From Ruditapes philippinarum (lineage: Eukaryota), in NCBI RefSeq assembly GCF_026571515.1, contig NW_026866721.1:248001-312000 (forward strand): 64,000 bases of DNA, in the 5' to 3' direction. This document shows, piece after piece, positions 24,502-37,517 of this stretch; within the stretch, counting starts at the first letter, position 1, and each line of letters starts with the position of its first letter. Both the position numbers and the translations under genes were made by a program. Below the pieces are notes generated by a model. It saw nothing but the letters and a program-made list of their open reading frames with translations. It did no database searches and was not told where the DNA came from.

Positions 24502-24844
24502 TTAAAGGCACATCATGCCTTAAAAAAACGAGTAAGTTTCACATCTTTAAAAAGAGCAAACATAAGTTCATTACGTTTATATAATGGTTTTAGAGCATGT
24601 TAGATGCTTGTTACCTGAAGAAAGTAACGCTAAATGTGAAATGATTTGTCATGTAAGTAGCAAAATGTAAACAAAGTAGTATTTTGACTTTCATTCAAAA
24701 CGGAACAAAAGAAAGAGCTGTTTCAAGTACTTGGCCAATGAATAGCTCTTTGGAAACTACAAAAGTACGCCAAAACTAAAAAATAAACTTTTGAGATAAT
24801 TCATAAAAAATAGAAGCATTTTTAGGGGCATAATGGGCCTTTAA
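24502..24844. mobile_element. Kolobok-like MITE
   Basis: TTAA|AGGCACATCATGCC...GGCATAATGGGCCT|TTAA. Confidence 0.7.
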
Positions 24845-24934
24845 TAAATATTTTCTTATATTGGACAAGGACATATATAATATCCAATGTATCCTAAGGG
24901 TAATTCTGTTTGACATTATTCAAGTAGGAATATT

Positions 24935-27900
24935 TCTATTAGATCCTATTGGAATGTCGTCTTCTTTAGAATGTTTATTCTCGGGTGTTTATAATACAGA
25001 CAAGTTAATCAGTGACCATTTTGGAACATTTGCCTATATTAGAACAAGAAATCAAATTAATGATCCTTTTAAAAGACGAGTCTGGAACTATAAAAGAGCA
25101 AATTTCGAACAACTTAATGAAAAGATTCAAAACACTGACTGGTCATTTCTGACACTCACTGATATTAATACTGCAACAAAACAATTTACAGATAAGTTTT
25201 TAAATTTGGCAAAAACGTGTATTCCTACCACTATGGCAACTATCCGTCCAAAAGATAAACCTTGGTACAATTCTGAAATTAGGAAAACCACTAAAAGACG
25301 AAATAAACAAAAACGAAAAGCTATTTCTACCAGAAAATACGAAGACTGGGTCGGATATAAAACTTTAAGAAATAAGGTTAATAACATGATAAAGCATGCT
25401 AAAGAAGAGTTCTTTAATAATATCGAATTTACTTTGAGTGATTGTAGTTCAACGAATCCGCGTCAATATTGGAAACTGGTTAAATTATTAGTCAAAGAAA
25501 ATTCCCCAAATTGTAAATGTATGCCCCCATTAATAAAAGATGATAATTCCCTAGCCTTTTCTGATAAAGACAAGGCCGATACACTTAATGATTATTTCGT
25601 ATCTATTTCAACTATTGATGACTCTAATACCTCTTTACCACCGCTAGTATATAAGACGAATAAACAGCTCGATAGTTTCAGCATTACCAATCAAGATATT
25701 ATTGACGTTCTTTCAAATCTTATTATTAATAAGGCAAGTGGATCTGATGAAATAAGCCATCGTATGTTAAAGGAGACTCGTTTTACTATTTGTGAACCCC
25801 TAAAAATATTATTCAACATGTCTGTCAATCTTAATATGTACCCAGATAGCTGGAAAACTGCAAATGTTATGCCCTTATTTAAAAAGGGTGATAGCTCAAT
25901 GCCGTCAAATTATCGACCAGTTTCACTTATTAGTTGTATAGGTAAAGTTATGGAACGAATTATGTTTAAGTATGTCTATGACTATTTTCATGAAAATAAT
26001 CTAATCTATAAAAATCAGTCAGGTTTCCTACCTGGACATTCTACAGTGTATCAATTAATTGACATTTACAATCAAATTTGCAAAGCGTTGGATGACAAGA
26101 AATCGACTTGCATCGTTTTTTTTGTGATATTAGTAAAGCCTTTGATCGTGTATGGCATAAGGGTTTGATTTTCAAATTAAAACAATATGGAATTACAGAC
26201 AATATTCTTAAATGGATGTACAGTTACTTAATAAGTCGAAAACAAAAAGTATTCGTTGGATCTACCTTTTCTGAGGAAAGAACCATTAATGCCGGCGTGC
26301 CACAGGGCTCAGTACTTGGACCTCTACTTTTTCTTATTTACGTGAACGATATTGCAGATTCTCTGTCTAGTGTAACACGTTTATTTGCCGACGACAGTTC
26401 ATTATCAGTTAGTTCTAATAATATTAACCATATCGAATCAACATTAAATGACGACCTAAATATATTATCAAAATGGGCAAAACAATGGCTTGTTAAATTT
26501 AATCCGACTAAAACAGAAGTATTATTTCTCTCTCTTAATAGACAAAACGTGAACGTACTTTCACTTTTCTTTGATAATACACGCTTAACGTTTGTTGACA
26601 ACCATAAACACTTGGGTATTACATTTAGTAAAGATGGTTCATGGCATGACCATATTACAAATAAAGCATCTTCCGCCACAAAAGTTTTAGGATCTATGCG
26701 AATGTTAAAGTTTAAGCTTAAACGGAAAACTTTGAATCAAATATATATATCTTATCTTAGACCATTTATTAAATATGCATCTATTGTTTGGGATAGCTGC
26801 ACAGTTTATGAAAAAGATCTTTTAGACAAAATTCAGTATGACGCTGCACGAATTGTAACTGGCTTAACAAGATCTGTATCAATAGAACGTTTACTAAAAG
26901 AAATAGGGTGGGTTTCATTATCAGACAGAAGAAACATGCAGAAATTAATTTTGGTATATAAATATAGCCGTGGAGAATTACCCTGTTATCTGTCTGAACT
27001 TTTTCCAAATACCGTTTTAGAAGCAAATACATACAATTTGAGAAACAATTCTGACTATGCTACTATGGCACGCCGGCTTGAAATCTATGCTAAATCTACA
27101 ATACCTTCATCTATCAAACTTTGGAACAATTTGGACACTCAATCTCGTACTGTAGACTCATTATCAGCTTTTAAACGTAATCTAAAAGAAAAATTTAAAC
27201 CCCCAATAGTTCCCCCATTCTTTATTTCTGGTGAAAGATTTTCACAGGTCCATCATGCAAGAATACGTAATAAATGTAGTAACCTAAACTCCGACTTATT
27301 TTACAACCACTTACGTGATAATCAAAAATGTGACTGTGGATATACCATAGAGGATGCAGAACACTATTTTTTCAAATGTCCGTTATTTCATCAACAGCGC
27401 CATCAATAATTCATTAATACCCGCCCATACCATCCTTTAAGTGTAAAGAAACTGCTGTTTGGAATTGATAACTTGTCGCCTGAAGATAATGACATTATTT
27501 TTGGGCATGTTCAAAAATATTTAAAGAATACGAATCGTTTTAGAACTTAATATATCTTAATGATAATTAAATATAACTCCGTGTTTCTATTTTTAATGCT
27601 GGTCCAGTAACGGAAATGGAGGCGAAACCTGTTTTTTTTTCAGAGGAAAGGTGAACAGAAGTTTGGATGTTTTTAGAATGTGTGTTTTTTTTTCTATTTC
27701 ATGATATTTAAACCTCATATCAATTTTTTTTTTGTTGTTGTTTTTTTTTTCAAAATATTGTCATCTAAATACTTTTATATCAATATAGATATATATAGAA
27801 GCAACTGTAAATATTACTCTGATGATGCGCAAAAAACATATATTTTCTTGTTTCTTCGCCTAACACATTAATTACGTAAACAAGTTTTGTATCTTTATAA

Positions 27901-28097
27901 TGAACATTTTGTTATTTAAACTTGCCTGGGAAGGGCCTTCATTAATGTTGGTAAAACTTGTGGCCCAACCCATTTGCTTCAAACTGTTAACATACATGTT
28001 TCCTTATTCGTATTTATTGTATTCTGTTTAGTATTAATGTAATCTCTATGTTACATGTACATGTTTCAAGCAATAAAATATAATTAAATCAAAAAAT
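24935..28097 (+). mobile_element. 5'-truncated LINE (CR1/L2-group) ORF2: APE C-terminus plus reverse transcriptase, disrupted
   Basis: SDH (end of APE), NYRPVSL, FCDISKAFDRVWH, GVPQGSVLGPLLFLIY, LFADD, C-terminal CDCG...HYFFKC. Frameshift in a T8 run at 26116-26123, in-frame TAA at 27407-27409, frame ends 27550, AATAAA near 28072. Confidence 0.92.
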
Positions 28098-28481
28098 ATT
28101 TGAACCACCCAACTAGAACAGCTAAAAATACCACAAACACAACAATAATGTCTGCTGAAGAATCTTCTTTAAAACGATTTTAGGCATGTGTAACGTTACA
28201 TACAGACAAATTACATAAAAAAACTATATATATAATTTATTTACACTTTGCATATGTTTGCATATGAAATTTGAAACATTTTAAGCGAAAAACAAGTGAA
28301 CGATTGATAACTCGGTAAAGTATATTACGCTGGTCGACAATAATGTGTTATACTGACTATTGCAATTAAAGTGAATTGTTTTATAATAGAAGGTCTGTAA
28401 TATATCATAATATATTTATATCCATTATGTTAGTAAGTATTTAGTATCATACGTGAAAACGAACCAGAACAGAATTATATA

Positions 28482-28700
28482 CGAGCCGTGTCATGACAAA
28501 ACAAAAATAATGGGTTTGCGACCAGCATGGATCAAGACCAGTCTGTGCATCCGCGCAGTCTGATCAGGATCCATGCTGTTCGCTTTTAGTGTCTCTATTT
28601 GTTATACGGTTCGTAAGCGAACAGCATGGATCCTGACCAGACTGCGCGGATCCATGCTGGTCGCAAACCCACTATGTTTGTTTTGTCGTGACGCGGCTCA
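28482..28700. mobile_element. Palindromic MITE copy
   Basis: Same family as 2463-2699. Confidence 0.85.
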
Positions 28701-29529
28701 TATGTTTATGTTGTTGGTATGTCCGACTCTCGAGAGACTAAGTAAATGGCGGCAATATCAGGATAAAATATGGCAAACAAAAACAACAACAACAAAAAAA
28801 CTAGTAAACATACATCTGTAACATATTAAAATTATTTTACGTGCATGGACATTGCCTAGACAATGTCTTTTACATTTAATATCAAACAAGAAAAATTATT
28901 TGGAATGAAATCAAATATGTAACATTTTTTACTACGATGAAATAAATGTTTTGCCTATCATTCTAAAAATACATAATCTATCATCACTTTTGTCTGACAA
29001 TGCATTTTATGTTCTTTCTGCGTTTTTTCCTACAATAAAATAACAGTTCGTACATAGCTGATTATTAAAAAAATCTCATTTTTCTCATTTTTAATCCCAG
29101 TCTCAAAATCACAAAAAAGAAGCTTTTTACATCTCCCAAAAAGTCTTTCTTCATTTTCAATAATACAACAGTTGTAAATGTATACATAAAAAGATTTTGG
29201 TATTGACCACTTGAAGTCCGACCAATCGCTACTAGAGACCATTTTTGACGACAAGTGTAATATTTGGTGTAGAAATTTATGTTTTAACTTTCAAATGATG
29301 TCTTTTGATTTTATCAGGTCAAAGTTCAGGGTCTCTGTGACCTTAACCGCTTCCAATAACAAGAGAACAATTAGTCCTACTGATCTTAGATAAGGTGTTG
29401 AGATAACACATGACTTTAAATTAACCGCTGTGGACGATTTAAGATCTTGGCCACCATATGCATAGCCATGACCATTAAAAGTTTGTGAAGAATACTTTGG
29501 CCTACAGTCTTATGATTTGTTAAATGAAT

Positions 29530-29830
29530 TACTTGTTTGTTGTATTTAAAACAGTAAGTTGTTTGTTGCATTTAATACAGCAAGTTGTTTGTGGCATTAA
29601 AAACAGTAAATCGTTTGTTGCATATAATATTATAATTTGTTGGTTGCTTTGAATACAGTAAGATGTTTGTTGCACTAAATACAGTAAATTGTTTGTTGCA
29701 TTAAATACAGTAAGTTATTTGGGTTTTTTTAAATGCAGTAAGTTCTTTTTTGCATTAAAAACAGCAAGTTGTTTGTTGCATTTGATATAGAAGGCTGTCT
29801 GTTGCATTTGATATTGTAAGATGTTTAATG
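29530..29830. repeat. ~26-bp minisatellite
   Basis: About 11 units of AAGTTGTTTGTTGCATTwAATACAGT. Confidence 0.85.
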
Positions 29831-30751
29831 AGTTTCATATTCATGGCATTTGTAACTGAATTCAAACAATGTTCATATGAACAGTGATAATTTGGTTTAA
29901 TATGTCGAGCTTGATCTTTAAATCATCTAAAGTTATAAAATGTACTACTATGTATATGAAGTGACGTATTTATGAGCACTATGCAATGTTGGCAGCTGGC
30001 AGCTGATTAATATGTTCTGACAATATTAATGTACCAACAAATATATATACCTCACGTGAAGTTACACCAACCTCAAACATGCGACTTACTTGTTTCACAT
30101 GTAGTTCATATGTACTCTCTAAATCGTTGATTTCCCCCCTTCTATACTGTTACCAATATAAACGATACGTTTAACTAGTTCGATCAATTTTCATACATTT
30201 TCAGTTAAAGAAATTATATATTAACATCTGGGTGTAATTTTTTTTGTCCCGTCATGAAAGAAATATGCTTAATATTTTGCGGTATGTACGTACAATTTGC
30301 GGTGTTAAAATGCCGAATTACTGTCTTGCTAACACATGCATGCATGCCATACGTATGCACACACGAGTGTGCATGCAGAATAATTGTACATACAAGTGTA
30401 CATACAAGTGTACATAAAACCTTGCATCAATGATAGTACGAAATCATTGCAATGAACACATTTTTTTTGTAAAAAAAACATTAAAGATATTCTATACACA
30501 TCCTAGAGTAAAATATTTTAGCCGAACTTTACTAAATATGTCTTATTTGAAAAAAAAAACAAAAAAAAAAACAGAATAGATAAACTATGTATGGGAAGCT
30601 GCGTTCCCTATTACTGGTCAGGCAAAGTTGATACTTCTTTAAAAACTGCCAGGGTTTTTTTAATGACGCTTTATATTCATATTATGACCAGCAATCAATT
30701 TGAGCATAGTATATCTTTAACCCTTCTTTTATTCAACACGTTTTTAATTGT

Positions 30752-30800
30752 CCATCACCATCATCATCATCTTATTCTTCTTCTTCTTCATCATTATCAT

Positions 30801-30844
<44 letters not shown>

Positions 30845-30845
30845 C
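30752..30845. repeat. (CAT)n/(CTT)n microsatellite
   Basis: Direct reading. Confidence 0.95.
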
Positions 30846-30921
30846 AATTATAAGAAGCAGCAGCAGCATCAGAGACTCTAATGCAGCAGCATTATTTCAA
30901 TACTTTAAATATTAATATTTT

Positions 30922-31054
30922 NNNNNNNNNNNNNNNNNNNNNNNNNNNNNNNNNNNNNNNNNNNNNNNNNNNNNNNNNNNNNNNNNNNNNNNNNNNNNNN
31001 NNNNNNNNNNNNNNNNNNNNNNNNNNNNNNNNNNNNNNNNNNNNNNNNNNNNNN
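30922..31054. other. Assembly gap (N run)
   Basis: Run of N. Confidence 1.
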
Positions 31055-31762
31055 GATAACGATAAACAATAACAAAAACGTAAAACGTTTGCTAGTTTAA
31101 AAGCAAATATTTGACAAAACAGTTCTTAAATTTGGGATATTTGCTATGTTTATTTAATAATAAAATTCATATTGTGTATACAATAAATAGACACTCACCT
31201 ATAAAACCGTATAATAAATCCGCACCTTACAAACTTGACACTACTAATGAATATTTAAGTTACTATCTTTACTATTTAACTGTGTCCATGTTTTCTGTCG
31301 TGAAATAAGTTTTTGGCGTGTTTCTAGTGAACATTTGCACGAATATAGTATTTAAAAAAACGTATCAGTCGAAATAAACGTGCTTAAATCTACATGTCTC
31401 CAGATGAGTCAAAATATTTCAAGAAAATCAAACTTGAGAAAAATGTTCTGAGATTTTAAGGCAAGCTAAAAGTTTCAAGCTTTAAGTAATAATGTAAATA
31501 TTTTGTGCCACCAATGACTGATTTTGCAATGTGTAGATTACTGTTCATTTCACAATGTTATACTTAGGAAATAGATATCAATTTTGAATGATCGGTTTGA
31601 GTTCAAATGCGCGGGAATATAATCACAAAGGCCAGTATACCTTCTTATATATGGAAGATAACTGGTACAGCCTTGGAAATACTGAACATAAGGACTATTT
31701 CGCACATCGTTTTATTGTGCAGCAGATTTTGTACAGAGAGTTTATGGACCGACCCCAAAACT

Positions 31763-32628
31763 ACGAAATGCCGTTAGGGCCATCGCCTATGAATGTGTTG
31801 ATCTAAAACGCGATGGTCGATAGTACGATGGTGAAAACGCGAAATCACGAAACTACGATGGTGAAAACGCGAAAGCACGATGGTGAAAACACGATAGCAC
31901 GATGATGAAAACGCGACAGTACGATACTACGATGATGAAAACGCGATAAACTATCGTGTTTTCACCATCGTACTGTCGCGTTTTCACCATCGTAGTTTCG
32001 TGTTTTCGCGTTTTCATCATCGTACTGTCGTGTTTTCACCATCGTACTATCGACTATCGCGTTTCAGTACCGGAATGCCGTTAGGGCCATCGCCTATGAA
32101 TGTGCTAATCTGAAACGCGATAGTCGATAGGACGATGGTGAAAACACGAAATCACGAAACTACGATGGTGAAAACGCGATAGTACGATGCTGAAAACGCG
32201 ATAGTACGATGATGAAATCACGACAGTACGATGGTGAAAACGCGATAGTACGATGATGAAAACACGACAGTACGATGATGAAAACGCGATAGTACGATGG
32301 TGAAAACGCGATAGTACGATGGTGAAAACGCGATAGTCGATAGTACGATGGTGAAAACACGACAGTACGATGATGAAAACGCGAAATCACGAAACTACGA
32401 TGGTGAAAACGCGACAGTACGATGGTGAACACACGATGGTTTATCGCGCTTTCATCATCGTAGTATCGTACTGTCGCGTTTTCATCATCGTACTTTCGCG
32501 TTTTCATCATCGTGCTTTCGCGTTTTCACCATCGTAGTTTCGTGATTTCGCGTTTTCACCATCGTACTATCGACTATCGCGTTTCAGATCAACACATTCA
32601 TAGACAATGGCCCTAACGGCATTCCGTA
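31763..32628. mobile_element. Fold-back element built from ~22-bp ACGATGGTGAAAACGCGATAGT repeats; two consecutive hairpin units
   Basis: Terminal motif TACG(G/A)AATGCCGTTAGGGCCATCGCCTATGAATGTG at 31763 and ~32070, with an inverted copy at ~32590-32628; repeat orientation flips near 31950 and 32440. Confidence 0.8.
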
Positions 32629-32850
32629 AATTATTGCCTTGTCATCTTGTCGCCCTGTCGCAGGCGAAACACGAAAAACAGCACGTTGTCTCACGGCGAG
32701 TGGCGCGATGACTATTGTTGCTTGACTCAAACGGAAGAAATGGCTTACTGAAGCTTTAATGCCATGCAACAGCTTACCCTTGGCTAAAAGCCACGCGACA
32801 GGGCGACAACGCGCCGCAGAATGGCGCGTTTCGCAGCGACAAAACGAAAA

Positions 32851-32915
32851 AGCGATAATGATATTCGTTGTGTTGTTGCTAACAACAACAACAACACAAC
32901 AAATATCATTATCGC
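32851..32915. repeat. Inverted repeat within a decayed MITE (32640-32975)
   Basis: GCGATAATGATATTCGTTGTGTTGTTG...CAACAACACAACAAATATCATTATCGC. Confidence 0.6.
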
Positions 32916-33489
32916 CTTAATGTAATCGCCCATTCGTCATTCTGCAACACGTTGTCGGCATGTCGCTCTGTAGCTTGTCTTAAATCCATTGTCAATAAGA
33001 AGACACAAGTAAAATGGTTTCCTGCGGGGAACATTTTTAATGATATAAAGATATTTCCTTCAACTATTTTCAACATTGTTTGGGGGATAAATAAACGTTT
33101 GTATCAGGAATATAGTTGACAATAAACGATCAATATAGAAGAAGGTCTTTAGAAACTGGTGACCGTTGAAGACCGGAGGTCGTACATAAAACAATTATTT
33201 CTTTTGAAGTAAATTATTAAATAGGCCTACCATTTTATGAATAGTTCCGAGCAAAAAAAGTAAACACACAAGTTTACGCAGAAAATATCTCTATTTATTA
33301 TGGCAGATGTCACTATGCGTAAATGAATCTTGTAGATTTTCAGTATAAACAATTTATTGTTTGTAAAAATGTGAGATAGATATTAAAGAATCATTGATAA
33401 TTTTCAAACACATCATTCAAGTTTTTCCACCTTAAACGGTAAAATAATTATAGAAAATTAGAAATATCACGTAATAGTTTTTTGTTCTT

Positions 33490-34170
33490 AATTAGGTGTA
33501 ATGCGGACTACATTCCCTAGAGGTAAATCCGTAACGTACCGGTAAACTGTAGGTCAGGGTATCGTATTGTAACACGGCCAGTGATTGGCTGAAAAAAAGT
33601 GCAGGGAAAACCGTATGATTCAGTTTATACATGAGGCGATTGGATGAAAGTGGGGTGTTTTTAAGTATAAAAACTAATTTAAAAAGTAACACTACAATGT
33701 TTTCTGAAGAAAATGAAATATTTCATGAGTCTCTGTGATAATTTTGACTTGGATATTTGCATTTATAAAAAGTGTATGTCAGTCCTGTGATCAGCAGAAA
33801 ATTTCAATGAAATGGGGGGTAATCCTCTTTGAAGTCAATTTGCAAAAAATTTGGTCGGCTACCCCTATATAACAGAAACATTTTTATGTGTCAGGCATTT
33901 CATTCTGCTAGAAAAAATACCTGTTTAGCATGAAAACTGAATTTTAAGGTAGGATAAGGGACCATTTCTTATAATGTAAGTATATGGAAATATCAATGTG
34001 AGTGTCTGACCTGTATTAAGCTGGGTTTTAGAAAAGGTCAATTAACCAATCATATACGGTTTACAGATCACGTGCTCCTCCATGTACCGAAAACAGGTCA
34101 CGTGCTCCTCCATGCCTCAAAAGTTAAACGCGTACTAATACCCTGCGGTCTCCAGACCGCAGGGAATAAT
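33490..34170 (-). mobile_element. Probable non-autonomous Helentron/HINE-like element
   Basis: Perfect hairpin CCCTGCGGTC-TCCA-GACCGCAGGG at one end, small stem-loop TGTAATGCGGACTACA at the other, T-rich flanks, no ORF. Confidence 0.4.
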
Positions 34171-35103
34171 TAACGGTCACTCTGTCAATCTTTCAATTTC
34201 AATCTTTTCAATCTTTCAATCAAAGTTTTCAATCTTCCGTGTTTTTTCGATCTTTAAATTTTGCTCGCCATTAAAAGACCAAGAAAGGTAAAATATTATA
34301 TGTGTCGTGTTTTTCGGCATAATTATACCAGGCTGTTGGCGAAAGGAAGAATAACACATAAGCACGAAAATGACACCATTTGTCGCAAAGAAAAAAAAAG
34401 AACTGAGACAATCAGGAAAAGTAAATGATCGTTTCTTAGCAAAGAAACGCTTTACATACTTTTTTAGTGAATAAAACAAAATTACTTTTAAACAAATGGA
34501 TTTGCTTATTCAAAATTGCATAATTTTATCATAAACAAAAAGTTGACACTATTGCAATAACGATATTAATGACTGTGCATAAATGTAGCTTATAAATTAT
34601 GACAGAAAACCGGTTTATTCGTGTAATATTTACTTCAATCTTGAATGTTGAAAGTTTTTAGCAACAGGTGCACGGTGTACTATGTCTGTGTCCTGTGACA
34701 CATAATGTTCCCTCATTATGAAACTTCAGATGAAGAATAATATAATACATATTTGGTTGCATAAAAGCTTCGGATAAGATTTCATATACGGAGTGAACAT
34801 GTTAACAAAGAAGCAACAAAAAAACGCACAAAAACACAAAAAAGAAACACAAAATTAAAACACATTTCTGATACATTTATCATATTCAATACCAAATACC
34901 GGTATAATATAAAATCTCTGCAGCCTATTTGAATCCATGACTTTTTTTGCAGAATACATGACCAGGAAGAAGTCTAAATATCCACAATGATATTCAAGCA
35001 AAACTCTCCTCAGATTTTTCTTCAAAAATTGTTAACGTGGCAGTTACGAAAAAAATGTCCAAACTCATAATGCGTTAATATTACAGGAAAACAGATACAT
35101 GTA

Positions 35104-35432
35104 TTAAAGCGACTCCACCGGGGGTTATTTGTTTTACATGACGAGAGTTGAAATAATTTTTCGAAATAAATGTTCCTTTTGATGCAGATCTATAATAACG
35201 TGTGTGCAATATTACAGATCATTTGCTAATTCCGATTTTCAAGATTGTGAAACATAACACAAAATTAAAAAGCGTTGCAACGCTTTTCACTCTAATAGGT
35301 CTAAGAGTACAACAAAAATGTGATTTTCAATTATTTCAAAGTCAATTTTACATAACTTCCAGGCTCAGCCGATCTATGTTAGAAATTTAAATTTCATTTT
35401 TATGTTTTTGGACCTCAGTGAAGTTTCTTTAA
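35104..35432. mobile_element. Kolobok-like MITE
   Basis: TTAA|AGCGACTCCACCGGGG...CCTCAGTGAAGTTTCT|TTAA; homolog of 13449-13811. Confidence 0.65.
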
Positions 35433-37517
35433 AGACCCTGTTTGTAAAATTATGGATGTAACAGCGAACTGACATTTTATACACGTATATAGTAGGTTTT
35501 CACCCAAAACAATTTCTAAACAGCCAAGTATTTGATCTACACTTTTTTATGTACATTATATATATTAAAAGTCATACAATAAAAGGGTCTTTATATCGAT
35601 TTTTATATCGACATTTTTATCGATTTTGTGATTTTCACATGAAATTTAGTGCCATGAAATACGCTTTCATGTGTTTTAACTCATGTGTCTATTCTCTACA
35701 TTATATTTTTATTGAAAAAAGCGGCCAAGACATTATCAAAAATATATGTTTAATAACAAATGTACCTCGTTATATTTACATAGGCTGTTTGTTTTTATCT
35801 TTTTCATAACTTCTGACTAACTATCTATTGATAATTATTCATTTGAGCACCAGATTTGCCATATAGAACTTAACATTTACATTTACAAGTACATGGACTA
35901 AAATACAAACTTCCCAAGGAAATCAGGTTCTTTAATGTCATCAGTAAATGACATTTCTCTGGCCTCGCAAACCTAATTGTTTTAATCTTCACAACAAAAC
36001 ACATTTTTTCTGGCATATTGTTGACAATTATATATACAGTGCATTTAAAGGGCGTCGATAATATTTTATTTATCACGTGCGAATGTGCAAGCATTATATA
36101 AGTGGGAATGTGTTAAAGTTTCTGTCCCGCGTAGAACTTGATACCTGCGTGCGCACGTGTTGACTACCTGTACGCATAGGATGGAGCCCCTTTAAAAATG
36201 AAATTAATACATAACTACAACAGTAATACCGCTCGGCAGTTTCCGGCATATCTCGGTAAATTCTTTCAAGGATAACAGATGAGGTGTTCCGAATATTATT
36301 TACATATGTTTTACATTCCTTATGTAACCTCGTCGTATCATCGGCGTGCATCTTTGACTATATTGAAAAGACAATTGCATGATATCAATCAATCATCTCA
36401 AAACAAAACAAAAATAACTTCCTTAAATGAATTAGTTTCGTCTAAATACTATTGTTTCATATCAATATATTAAACATTATCTGAGTACAAGTAATGCATC
36501 CAATTTATGCCCACCGAATAATTCGGTACATTCGGACAAGTTAATTTCTGGTATCATCCCAATACGGAATTTTGACCAAACCCGTTCTAGAAAATAGTTC
36601 TTTCGCATTTTGAAGAGTCCCAATTTAAGTCATCCCTAGTTTTACTGGTCATAATTATGTTAGTGTATCTACTGCATCTGTGTAGTTTTGTGTGTGTGTT
36701 ATATGATGACTATAAAAGTTGATTTGTGTGTTTTCTCAGGACCTCATTTCTGAATGTACGGATGAATCAAAGATGTACTATGCGCCAACAGTAAAAAGGA
36801 CAATTTAAAAGAGACGGCTAACATATTATATTTTGGGTCTCATTTGACTTTGATAGTGTTGATGTTTAAAGTTGAAGACATTATATAATTCATCAAGGAT
36901 TGAGGAATCCAGAATTAAGCCTCAAATTTGACTTATTAATGGAACATTTGACTTGGTCGAGTCTTTCTGGTACGAAGGATGCCCGATAAATAACCGGGAT
37001 AGTTTCATACTGATTAATTCATATGCTTACCTCTATGTATTTTATTAAAAATCCGACAAAAAACTAGATTCGACAGAAAAAATAACCTCTTTGCACTGAC
37101 GCATTATCTACTAAACAATGTAAGAGTCCAATTGACCTAGAGCATCTTCTGACACGAAAAATGACAAGATTAAATGAATAAAACGGAAAGTTGGCCGAAA
37201 AAATAAAACGGAACGAAATTAAAATCAGTTCGCCAAATTCAGCTTTTGATACATGTATCACCTTAAACATTATTGTCATTAAGAAACAAGTCACACAAAA
37301 ACATGAAACTAGATGCGACAAAAGATTAGATACCTGGTAAGGAAAAAGAAAACAAGGAGGAAAAATATCAACAAAGCGGCCTCTACAAATAAAAACATCA
37401 TCTTAAAACAAAAGAATTACATAATAAAATATTTGTTTCGTCTATCTTCAGTTAGACTTTACCAAGACTTCCGTACAAACTAACTTTCTGAAGTGATAAA
37501 TCAAAAACGGGAGAAAA

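Noticed and set aside
29530-29830. CRISPR-like regularly spaced repeats (also 55460-55712)
   Set aside because: Head-to-tail units with no unique spacers, no cas genes, eukaryotic context
30591-31072. His-rich ORF
   Set aside because: (CAT)n microsatellite beside a gap; no other coding signal
32160-32510. Repetitive 116-aa ORF
   Set aside because: Translation of the 22-bp repeat array
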